A stretch of 60,538 bases of DNA, the filler included, from Trypethelium eluteriae (taxonomy: Eukaryota), in NCBI GenBank assembly GCA_051942245.1. It is 3 parts of 3 records of this genome, joined end to end, with 100 filler letters (N's around TTAATTAATTAA, not from the genome) between each part and the next. Parts side by side here need not be neighbours in the genome. Positions count along the whole stretch, not along the records: positions 40,545 to 60,538 come from JAVECL010000505.1; 2 more parts are not named here. One strand, written 5' to 3'. The notes below the pieces were generated by a model, which ran no database searches, was not told the DNA's origin, and saw only the letters and a program-made list of their open reading frames with translations. The translations under genes and the position numbers were made by a program. Shown piece after piece: positions 40,556 to 51,330 of the stretch; the stretch's first letter is position 1, and every line of letters starts with the position of its first letter.

Positions 40556-40620
40556 CCAATATTTGGATCCATTGGCTCGTCCAATATAGTGATCCATTGG
40601 TTCGTCCAATATATTGATCC
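40556..40620. repeat. 25-bp imperfect tandem repeat, ~2.6 copies
   Basis: CCAATATTTGGATCCATTGGCTCGT / CCAATATAGTGATCCATTGGTTCGT / CCAATATATTGATCC. Confidence 0.85.
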
Positions 40621-41574
40621 TTTGTAGATGTGGTGGTAGCCAACGGTGTAGCCGCTAGCGAAGGTGGTTGGATTACACCATCACCTCCATACATAGCTTA
40701 ATCAACAAGCTTTCAGCACCCATTTTACATCATCATCTCCTGTACTGACTTTTACTGAGGTAAGTATGGTTCAGATTTCCGCTGCTGAGGTGATCTACAA
40801 ATCCTACAAGAACCTACGAACAATACATTAGAGTAAGAAGATGGAAATCGGGTCCACAGGCGTCCTCACAGTTCTATATCCACTGGTCAACGCATCAATT
40901 CAAGCAGTGCCTCTTAAAGTTTATACTTGAACTCTGAAAAGAATAAGTCGAATTGTCCAGCAGGACGCTAATAAACGCCCAAATCAAGATCTAAGTAGCT
41001 CATTCCTTATACCTAGATCAATTTCATTATAGCTTGATTATTGAAGACACCTTTACATGGCTTGGCAGTGTATTTGGGACTGGATCAGCTGCCACCAAGG
41101 CTCACCGATCTCTTTTAAACTCAATTGCCGATTCAATGGCAGAGAGATGAGGCTTTTGAGCGAAGTTTCAGATATTTATTACTTAAGTCACGTGTCGGGC
41201 TATAATTCACCTAATTCAACATGCTGTTGCCTAATGTGCCCTGGTAGTTTCTCTGGGCTAGTATGTTGGGTTCTCGCCCGATTTGACGTGTTCTTAAGCA
41301 ACTATTACCGCAGATATGAGGCTGCACAAGTATAAATCTCTTTCGAACCCATTCTGATCTTTGTACCTTCTCATACTTACATTTTACATTGCCCAACTTC
41401 AATATTCGCTATTAACTGTAATGGCTGTAGGGATTATGTTGAACTGAATAAGATGAATTGATGGTGCAGAGACTAGGTTCGTAAAGGAACCGCAGACGAG
41501 ACCAGGTAGCTCATGCGCTAATACAGATGGAAAAGTATCATCCAACAATCCACCAAAACTACTTCCTCCTAACA

Positions 41575-44309
41575 ATGGCTGAAGTCGGGGCCGTATTTGG
41601 CCTAGTCATCGGTGGCGCTGGGTTGATCGCGCTCGCCTTGGAACTTGGCAAGAGCGCTGTGAAGCTGAGAGGAATTTATCGTACTATGAAAGAGGCACCC
41701 CGATTGATTGCAGACCTAGCCGATGACCTCGATACCATGGAATTAGCATTGAGGGAGCTTGAATACCACCGACAATCTGACACTCATAACGGAGCCCTTC
41801 TTATACGCTGTATTTTGGGGTGTCAAAAGAGTACAGCGAACATACAGCAAATTATGGACAAGATTGTAAACATTGTGACAGAAAATAGCACACCTAGCGG
41901 CAGGGTCTATACGGCATTTAGAGATGCACACATCAAGAAGCTACTTGACGATCTAGAAAGGGCAAAGAGCTCACTTCAGCTTGCATTCACAATGTACCTC
42001 GTTGCAAACCAGAAAAGTCGCGATCAAGCACACAGCGACACACTTGCATTTCAAAATACCCTGCTGAGCGGTCCACAGGCGCAAGTTTCGGCGAGTAATA
42101 CAAATATTTTGCATCAATTGACACGTTTGTTTCAGACTTTAACGTCGCCATCGCAGCCTCATATGAATCCCTATGGTGCCCTCGAGACCACTGCCACAAC
42201 AAGCAACCTCAAGACCTTGAAGACAGTCCAAGCAGCTGGAAGCCATCTCAAACAGTGCGGTGATGCTTTCAGGGATCAAAGATTCAAGGAAAAACAAGGT
42301 GAAAGATGCTTCCAGTTTCGCTTTCAACTCCCAACCTGGCTTTGCTGTCGCATCTGGGACGTTGCAATAATTACTGCCCAATGTGGATGGACTGCGCATT
42401 TGCGAACATACAACGTCATTCCTGAAGAGTCGCTGATATTTAGGTACGCTGAGCATGGCGATGTCGCCCGGGTCCGGAATCTTATAGAGAATGGAGAGGG
42501 GTCACCACTGGATGTTATGCAGTTCAATGTGAAAACTTGGACATTTGAGCCATCCCGGCAGCAACCAACTTTGATCGAGGTGAGTCAGGATGTCTGACCA
42601 GGGAGTGATCCTAGAATAAGTCTGATAACTTCACTCCGTGGATTGCTGCAATATATAACAGACTCGAACTCTGTCGATATCTCTTGAGTCAAACAACTTG
42701 GCCCGACCAATCTGTGGTATTGAGCAGAGCTCTTGACTTTTGCGCTTACTACAATCGTTATCAAAGGCCGGAAGAAATGTATCGCCTTCTCATCGAGAGT
42801 TCTGAATTTGATGCCGATCTTGGTCGCTCTAAGCATGTACCTACATGGCTGTATCATTGCGAAAACACAGATTGTCTCGATATCATTCTGATGAACCAGT
42901 CTCCACATTTTCGACTTCTCTCGGTAGACACGAGATTCGAGCTAGCCGCTCACTTGAGCCCAGAATCCTCAATGAAGTGCTCTGGTTTTCTCAAGTGTGT
43001 CGGGTTGCAACAGTCTGATCAGAGGCTTGCATCCTTGAGGACTGGCAACGACTTATCAGTTCTACACTACGTTGCACGTCGTCTTTACCACCATGTGGTC
43101 CGAGATACCTCGAATGAGTTGCAAAGTTGGCTTGAACTTGGAATAAGCGTTCTCAGAAATGGTGCTGATCCTCACAGTATCGCACAATGGGAATGGGAAG
43201 TACAGTGGTGGGGCTCGCGAGTCAGCCCTGCTAGAGGAGAATCGTGGCAGAGTACACCATTTTTGGATTGTGTGAGCATCTTCCACTGGATCCTAAGACA
43301 TGGCTCTGGAAGTAATCACCCTGCAGAAAATATGCCAGGTCTCTCGACGACGATCCACGCGATTCGTCTGTGGACTGAGATGCTGGAGCGAGCTGGTCTT
43401 AAGCTTTCCGAATATGGTGCTCGTGAGAGTACGCTCTGGGAGGCGTTGGGTGTCAACTGTCTTTCAATGTCTGATTCCGGAGACCTGGATTGGTCCCCAC
43501 GCATAAAAGTAGAGCAACTTGTGTACGGATCCAAATCAGTAGATTGGAGTCTGAAAATCAGCCGGTTTCGGAAATTCCCGGTGTTTAAACTGTGCCAAAT
43601 GCCTGGAGCATTTCCTGCGCACTCTTATCTTCCAGACAAACTCATATGGTTGCCGACCAGAAATGAAGACCATGAAGGCTGCTGGGCAGTTGCTGAATCA
43701 AAGATGTTGGCTCATGAAGCATCAGACCTCAGAGAGATGGTTTTCAACTCGGGCGAGCCGTTCACGGAGCTCGTGGACAAGGTCCAAGATGATCACAGTG
43801 TCATAATGCAGATGCAATATCGGGCTTCTTATACGCGGAAACCTAGGAAAAGAGCAAATAGTCAGCCTCCATGTCTTCGTCGAAGAGAAGTCGCGTATAA
43901 TGAAGAACTGTGGTCTCATAATCGACTTTGGCTCCCGAGCTTTCATCTATGTCCTTTTGACTCGAAATGGAACTTTGGCTGTGTTAGCTTTCTCGACGAA
44001 AATTATACATCTCAAGAGGCCTTTCAAGAAAATACCTTGAGGAATGTTTTCCATATCAGAAGCTGTGTTAACGGCGTCCGTGGCCAGTGTTCTTCAGTCC
44101 AGGAGTCGGACTCGTGGCAAAGATACAGTTTCCTCGCCCTCATTACGGAATGCCAAGCTATCAAGGGTAATTGGAAATTCCCTCGTAAAGCAGCTTGTAT
44201 CAGACGTACCGTGACTGGAAGCTGTCCCGTGGATTGCGGCAAGGCTTATATGGATCGACATCATGTACTTATGTCGCTTCGGCGTTACCACCCACGCAGG
44301 CCGCGGTGA
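41575..44309 (+). CDS. HeLo-like (fungal STAND N-terminal-type) domain protein with degenerate ankyrin-like repeats, no NACHT
   Basis: Hydrophobic N-helix AEVGAVFGLVIGGAGLIALAL...KEAP.LI.DL..DL...IKKLLDDLERAKSSLQLA. Ankyrin-like IFRYAEHGDVARVRNLI, IAAIYNRLELCRYLL and SVLHYVA...LRNGADPH. One intron from 42580. An alternative ATG lies at 41527. Confidence 0.7.
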
Positions 44310-46010
44310 TTTCCATATTTGTCCCACATCTTCATTTTGCTATTGAAACTTTATTTATAGATATATCTGTGTCCCACCATTTGGCGCGACTGATGGATTG
44401 TGCAACGATAAACCCAGCAACGCCAACCTGTCAGAAGCTGTCAATTCGATGTGTATTTGATTTCAATCTGCAGAAATTTGCTACGCTTGTTTCGCGAATG
44501 CTCCTGCCTTGGGCACCTTGAATGACTTAAAAGTTTGACTGGAGAGAAGCTTGTGACTTAGGAGGGGATAGAATTTCCAAGCAAGATCTTGCTGCTCCGG
44601 CCACTTTAAAGCGAGTATCTCTCCTCAGATTGGCGAACTGTTACAACGATATCAAACTATAATAGAAATGTCGGATTATATTGTCACCTCATATCAAGAG
44701 ATACTGGGGTTACTGTAAAAATGTTTGTTAAACGTAGAGAAACTGAATATGATTGATTATAATTGTAGAATCAAAGTCCTGGAGAGAGAACGAAGGTCAA
44801 CTTAGCTTCAAACACTATTAGAAATAGGGCAATACCCACATGGAGACACTTTCCGTCCAAGCCTTCTACAAGGTTTCCAGAAGCGACTTTCTTCAACAGT
44901 CCTAAGAGGCAGCAAACCTCTCACTACGTTGGAGATAGCGACAAAAATGTCGTAGGCATCAAAAAGACTAACGACAAGATCTGAGGACACAGCCTAATAT
45001 CTCCTCGGATTATTTAACGTCACTTTGCCTATTTTTGTATAGAGAAGGGGGCAAAAAAAGCTTTCACTCGACTTCAGGAAGGGGTAATGAAGATTTTAGA
45101 CGACCAATTTCTTTTTGTCTGGACTTAATCGACAGACTATCTGCCAGTCCGCTGTCCTTTGGCAGAATCACGGCCGGATTTGCATCTTCGCGAGATGTTA
45201 AGTCCTTCTCCAATTGGAGGTGTTGTCAATATTATCCTAGCTATATCAGAGAGTTCTAGGTCATTTAGCTGACTAATACTCTCGGAAGCAGAAGGATGAG
45301 ATCCCGAAGATACAGGGGTTGTTACGGTGTATATACACAGCTTCATTTCCTAGCCAGATAAGAAGAACAGAGATCTTGACCTCGACGATCATTGCCACCT
45401 AAAATTCTGACAGGTGTAGCCTTTCGAAAGAAGTCTATGGAAAGTCCTAACCTAAGCTGGGCTCACTTAAGATAAATTATAACACTAACAGACGTTAGTC
45501 AATGGTTGCATGTTGTCTCAGCAAGCTTAAGACTCGGTAGATGAGACTGGGAGTTTAGGTTAGGCAGTGTGAGAAAGGATCTGCTCTTGTAGTAGACCTT
45601 ATTAGGGTGGACCGCTGGGTTTGGTATCATCTTGATACTGCCCATATAGAGAAATTATACCGCAGTATTATTAATTCCACAAGCGTGCTAGAGATGGAAC
45701 AGTACCCGTAGAACTGTAGGATTGCTAAAAGATGTAGGAACGTGATGGGGACGAAGATGAGTTGTTGAGTCTAGGTTCAAATAGCGGATGCGCTAATACA
45801 AATGTGGTAGTGACAACCACCAAAAGACCCAATGCCACTGCCTTTCAACACTCCCCTAGAGGAGCATTGGTATGATCCCATAATTATATGCAGGATAAAT
45901 GGTGTTTCTCCCCTGAAAGCGAGTGTCATAATCAAGCGTCTTATAGGGATGCTCAGAAACAGCCTATTCCACATGGCCCTATACACTATAATTGTTACCT
46001 TTAATCCTTA

Positions 46011-46502
46011 TGTTATGAGCCTATACCCCCTGGTACAAGCACGGCTTGTAGCAGGTACGTAGAAGGGTCTCAGGAGTTTTTCACGTAGGAGCGGAGTGTC
46101 AAGGATCCAATGATGTAAGAAGGGTCACTAAGCTTTGAACAACTTGATGATGAATAAGGTCTTGTTCAATTTGGCTCACAACTAACTGTAGGTACAGCTG
46201 GGTATAATAATAGTAATAAAACGCAAGGAGAAGAATAAGAGTGTGCTTAAAACCTAATTCCTTATATATTTATTTATCCTCTACTGCAGCCTTCCTTCTC
46301 ACTGGTGTTGCAGTAAGGCGGGCAAGATGTTATCTTACTTATTGCGAGGTGAGATCTCGCTTATCTTGCTGTGAGATGGTTAAGGTGTCCGTACCGCATC
46401 CTCACTTACTCTTGTTGTAAGACGCGCTTAGTGTTACGCGATTAGTGCACTACAAGTAGTGGCTACCTTGCAATGCGTCCTTAGTTAGGAGCGTTTATAA
46501 CA
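46011..46502 (-). repeat. LTR copy 1 (true 3' LTR of the minus-strand Gypsy element)
   Basis: TGTTA...TAACA termini; full-length similarity to 48186-48664; adjacent polypurine tract. Confidence 0.92.
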
Positions 46503-46518
46503 TTAATCCCCTCCTCCT
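46503..46518 (-). promoter_or_regulatory. Polypurine tract (PPT)
   Basis: Minus strand reads AGGAGGAGGGGATTAA immediately before the TG of LTR1. Confidence 0.85.
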
Positions 46519-46580
46519 TAGTCACGTATCCTCACGTGGAACATAAGTGGGAGTGACCCCTCTTCCATCTACTTAGTAAG

Positions 46581-47060
46581 ATGTCTTCCTTTAAACTTTA
46601 TTATTATTATTTGTCCTTAGAGATTAAAAACTTTAGCCTTCTGGTTTTATCACCTTATAACCTTTGCCTTTTTTGCAGTCATATTTGTATTGCTATAAAG
46701 TCTTGTGCTAAGTATTCTAAGTATGTAAAAATAAGGAAACTATATGTAAACTTATTATAGTCTTCTCTTAATTATACTTAGGAGGAATATGCTAAAAGAG
46801 TGTTAAAAAATAAGGAAGAGCTTACTAAAGTGCTTACCCGCTTTATGCGTCATAAAAAAATTCTTTATTAGGCCAAAAAACGCGCAAAATAAAAAATTAA
46901 ATATGCTCTTAATAAGCTGGATAAGGGTGCGGTTAGTAAGGATAACTGTCCTACTGCTGCTGCTACTGTTAGTCTTTCTCCCTTACTGTAGGAAACTTTT
47001 GCTGGTGTTAAAAATATAATTACTGTAAGTAGGTTCTCCCCCTTTTTTTAGAATTTAGGT
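46581..47060 (+). pseudogene. RIP-damaged extra ORF antisense to pol; Zn(II)2Cys6-like motif plus coiled coil
   Basis: A single frame from ATG 46581 is interrupted only by TAG/TAA. Reverting four TAT to TGT gives C-x2-C-x6-C-x8-C-x2-C-x6-C at 46656-46745. Confidence 0.6.
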
Positions 47061-48185
47061 ATTATTATATCTTCTCTCCATACTTAAATAGTATTTTTTT
47101 TATCTCCTAAATATTTTTTAAGTTAGGGTACTTTTTCTATTTTATTAAATACTTTTTATTTTTCTTTTATAGGATTTTTTCCACTTTAAATTTGTGTTCC
47201 TTTTTTAACTTATAATTAAATATCTCTGCACATAATATGCTTTTATTTGTTAATTTTAGTAAGGATAAATAAAATACTGGGTGGACTTAAGCATCCTGTG
47301 GAAGGTTTAACTTATAATTAACTTTATTTTTTTTTTTTTTTAATAATAAATAGACTGACCTTTACCATATTAAGCTTTTTATAAGGTCTTTTTGTTTTTA
47401 AATTTTTTATAAGTAAGTATACTTTATCCCCCTTCTTTAATTAAGGTTTATTTACTTTTTTGTTATTTTAAATTAAACTCTTATTTCTTTTATTAATATT
47501 CCTGGCTATTTTATTATGTATTAATTTTATTATTTTTCCATAATCTTCTCCTAATGCTGATATTATCTTAATAAGTATTGGCTGAATTAGCAGTAATATA
47601 TATCCTATTAGCCCTTGGATAGGCGCGAATTTTGTTATACTAAATTCTCTGGTGTTAATACACAATTATGTTATGGGTAATAATAATACCCAATTATCTT
47701 ATAGATTATTAATATAATATCTTAAGAATTATTCCAGTAACTAGTTTATCTGTTTAGTTTATCTGTTAGTCTCCTTATGGTATGCTATTAATAGCTTGGT
47801 TTTAGTTCCTAAATTTGCTATAAGCATTTAGAAGAATTTAGCTGTAAACTTTTTATTTCAGTCTAATATTATTAAGATAGGTAATCTGAAGTATAATATT
47901 ACTCTTTTAAAGAGTATCCATACTGTTTTTTTTATTCCATATTTTTTGTTAAATGGAATTAATATTGTATATTTTATTAATCTGCATATTATTACATAGA
48001 TTGCTGTGTAGACTTTTTTAATTACTGGGTGCTTTAATGCAGGTAAGTCTGTAATAAAGTCCATTATAATCTGCTCCTAAGGCCTTACTAGTGCTTAAAT
48101 TGGTTGGATGGTGCCTTTCCTTCTTTGGGTACTGTACTTATTTCTTTTATAGTTATCACATTTTGCCACATAACTTTAGACTTTC
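47060..48185 (-). pseudogene. Integrase-GPY/F-chromodomain remnant of pol
   Basis: SYVAKCDNYKRNK...RP*EQIIMDFITDLP...AIYVIICRLIKYTILIP; in-frame stops at positions expected for W/Q/R codons hit by C>T or G>A. Confidence 0.9.
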
Positions 48186-48664
48186 TGTTATGAGCCTATA
48201 CCCCCTGGTACAAGCACGGCTTGTAGCAGGTACGTAGAAGGGTCTCAGGGTTTTTCACGTAGGAGCGGAGTGTCAAGGATCCAATGATGTAAGAAGGGTC
48301 ACTAAGCTTTGAACAACTTGGTAATGAATAAGGACTTGTTCAATTTGGCTCGTAACTAACTGTAGGTACAGTAAAGTAATAAAACGCAAGGAGAAGAATG
48401 AGAGTGTGCGTGGAACTCAGTTCCTTAAATATTCATTCCTTCTCCACTACAGCCTTCCTTCTCGCTGGTGTCGCAGCGAGGAGGGCGAGATGTCGTCTCG
48501 CTCTCTGCGAGGTGAGATCTCGCTCATCTCGCTGCGAGATGGTCGAGGTGTCCGTGCCACGTCCTCGCTTACTCCTGTTGCGAGACGCGCCTAGTGTTAC
48601 GCGATTGGTGCACTACAAGTAGTGGCTACCTCCAACGCGTCCTTGGTCAGGAGCGTTCGTAACA
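48186..48664 (-). repeat. LTR copy 2 (least mutated), lying between truncated gag and truncated integrase
   Basis: TGTTA...TAACA termini, co-oriented with LTR1. Flanks CTTTC and GTATT are not a target-site duplication. Confidence 0.92.
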
Positions 48665-50261
48665 GTATTTAACACACATAATGCTAACACATCTTAGCCA
48701 GTCTATTATTTTACACATAAATAGTTTATAGGGCGGTTTTAGATATAATCCTTATTAGGCTCAGCTCCTTCCCCAAGTTATATTACTGCCTAGTCTGTGG
48801 TATAAGCATATTTCCTTTTCTCTGCAGAATTTTTTATTAAGTAAGTTATAATTACTTTCCTGTTTTTAATAAAACTTATAGTTCCTTATTCTACATATTA
48901 TAAAGTATTAGAGCTAGTGTTATAGCTTTTTTTTATTCTATTCCTTTGCCTATTAATACTTTACACACGCATTATTTTAACATTCCTCCCATTCAATTAT
49001 CTGATTATGGTTAAGATGTTGTAAGAGTCTGTAAACCTCCTTCCAGTATTTAAAATTCCGCTGCTCTAAGTTCCATATAATTATTAAAAGTTTAGGGCGC
49101 GTTATAACATAAGCACAATAGATCTTGCAGTTTTATATTACACATCTTCCTAGGATTTTGTGGTCCAGGTAATCCTCTAATCTTAACACTAAATATACAT
49201 AACTTTTATGCTTCTTTTATATTGCCACTTCTCCTTGGATACTGTACATAATCTTAGGTAGGTTTTTTTGGCTATTTATAGGATTAATAACTTCTTCTTA
49301 TAAAGCACTTTTTTCCTCTGCATCAGATTTGTTGTTAATTATTTAATACTAAAAAACATCTAAGTTCTTAATATTATTATTACTTATTAATTTATTAATA
49401 ATAATTTTATCTTCTCTTAAGTAGACTTAAGTTGCCATATTAAATTCTTCTCTACAATCCACCTTATTCTTGGATTAGCAGTTTTTTATTATATGCCCTA
49501 GTTTTTTATAAGCATAGCACTTTCTTTTTATTTAGGCACTTCTTTCCTTTTTACTTTATATAAGGTTAAAGTATTAAACTCTTTCCATCAGTTTATTATT
49601 ATTATAATATTAAGTAATCCCTCTTATTCTTCCTGCTGGAATGTATAAGGCTGATTGCCTTTCCATACGCCTTGCATAAAGTTTATTATTTAGTTTAATT
49701 AAGGTGTTAATAAATTCTTACAACATATTAATAAAGCCGCTATAGCGCATTAATTTATCCTTAATATCATCCTTAAGTCCTCTCTAGTATATAAGTTATA
49801 ATACTTTATTATTTTATTTTAGTTTATTAGAGTACTTTTAGAACTTAGCTGCGTAATCCGCTATTAAAGTTTTTTGTACTAAATTCTAAACTGCTTACTC
49901 CGCTATCTTAACTTTATTAAAGATTCCAAAAATTCATCTAAGCTCTTTTTTAAATTAAGGGAATTTTATAAAAAAATTATTGGGGTCCTCTAAGTTGTTA
50001 AAATATAAAGTTAATTTAAGTTTTATTTAATATTAGGCTTATCCTCTTAAGTATAATAAGGCTATTAAGGTTTATTAATTATTTAAGATTTTTTTAAATA
50101 AGAAGTAAAGTTAGATTTAGCACAGCTATTCTTCTAACTTACTTTTTTTCCTAAAGTACTTATTGGGTTGTCCTACTTTACCTTCCTTTAATAGGGCTTT
50201 AGTGCGGGACTCCGGCCGCGGAGTGGATCCTAATTAACTTATCCTTAAGGGTGTTTTATTG
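48665..50261 (-). pseudogene. gag remnant with CCHC knuckle and W-x2-C-x4-C-x2-H motifs
   Basis: The gag frame runs up to both flanking LTR boundaries; RIP-type stops throughout. Confidence 0.8.
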
Positions 50262-50755
50262 TGTTATAAACTTATACCCCCTGGTATAAGCACAGCTTGT
50301 AGCAGGTATATAAAAGGGTCTTAGGGTTTTTCACATAAGAGCGGAGTGTTAAGAATCCAATAATGTAAAAAGGGTTATTAAGCTTTAAACAACTTAATAA
50401 TAAATAAGGTCTTATTTAATTTAGCTTATAACTAATTATAAGTACAGTTTAATATAATAATAAAATGTGAGGAAGTTAATTAAGCTGGTTTCCTCTTACA
50501 TATATATACTTGTAATCTTCTTAATCACAGCTGTTATCCTTCTAATCAGATCTTTACTAATCTTGGATTAATTATTACTAATTAGTGTAATAACCCGCGA
50601 TCTGTGGGTGATCACCCTAGATCGCTCTATTCTGATCTGTAGCTTATCACCACTAATTAGTCACGTGACCTTTACTCGTTACGACCTGTCTGTGGAACGC
50701 TTGCAGCAAGTACAAAGGAGATGGCGTTCAGCCTTGACGCGGCTGGGTCGTAACA
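50262..50755 (-). repeat. LTR copy 3: shares ~190 bp with LTR1/2, remainder unrelated
   Basis: TGTTATAAACTTATACCCCCTGGTATAAGCAC... aligns to LTR1/2 until ~50450, then diverges; ends GGTCGTAACA. Confidence 0.85.
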
Positions 50756-51330
50756 GTTTACAGTATTTTTTTTTTATAATAAAGCTTAAGTTTTACAGTT
50801 ATATGTTAATTATTAAATATACTTCTTTTTACTTTTTTAAATACTTGGATTATAAAATTATAATTTATAGCCGCTTTTGGCTAATTTAGGGCATTTACAT
50901 ATTTATTAACCTTGGTATAATAAAATTGCCGAGATTATACTTTTATAAAAATATTATAAATTTAATCTATGTTATACTTTTTAGTTATAAAAGTATATCA
51001 GTTAGATTATAAATAAATACTCCTAATTATAATAGGATTATTGCTAAAATTAAGAGCTTTATTAATATAATTCATAAATTTTAAATTTGACATAAAAATA
51101 TTCTGCTTTAAAATATATTTTATAACCTAATAATTAAAAAAGTTAGTATTATTAATTTTAAGCGTGTAAAATTATAATTATTACATTCAGTATTAGAGAT
51201 TATCTTATTAAATAAAAAGTAAAAGGAAAATAAAAGTAGCTTTATTAAAATATTAATAAATATTAAAAAAGTATATCTGTTAAAAACCAGCCGTCTAAAA
51301 ATTAAACTGTTTTACTTAATAAATTAAGCT
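50756..51330 (+). pseudogene. RIP-degraded protein-kinase-like fragment, truncated by LTR3
   Basis: The frame reads IYSRFWLI*GIYIFINLG..KLPRLYFY...IHKF*I*HKNILL*NIFYN...SIINFKR; transition reversal gives an H-x-D-x4-N catalytic loop and IIDFER. Confidence 0.6.

Larger units (their letters stand above)
46011..50755 (-). mobile_element. RIP-inactivated, internally deleted Ty3/Gypsy chromovirus-type LTR retrotransposon complex
   Basis: Minus-strand relics: gag (KVGQPNKYF..., CCHC knuckle KCYAYKKLGHIIKNC at ~49480-49525), integrase (CDN.KRNK...MDFITDLP), GPY/F module (NYKLNLPQDA*VHPVF) and chromodomain (FKVEKIL...YLIK*KKYP...). Strong AT and TpA enrichment; three LTRs. Confidence 0.93.

Noticed and set aside
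40556..40620. CRISPR-like appearance of palindromic 25-bp repeats
   Set aside because: Units are contiguous with no spacers, there are no cas genes, and the context is eukaryotic.
44500..46010. Short ORFs left of LTR1
   Set aside because: Fragmentary, with no recognisable domain.
48398..48622. ORFs inside LTR2
   Set aside because: Lie within an LTR and are disrupted in LTR1; no protein-like features.
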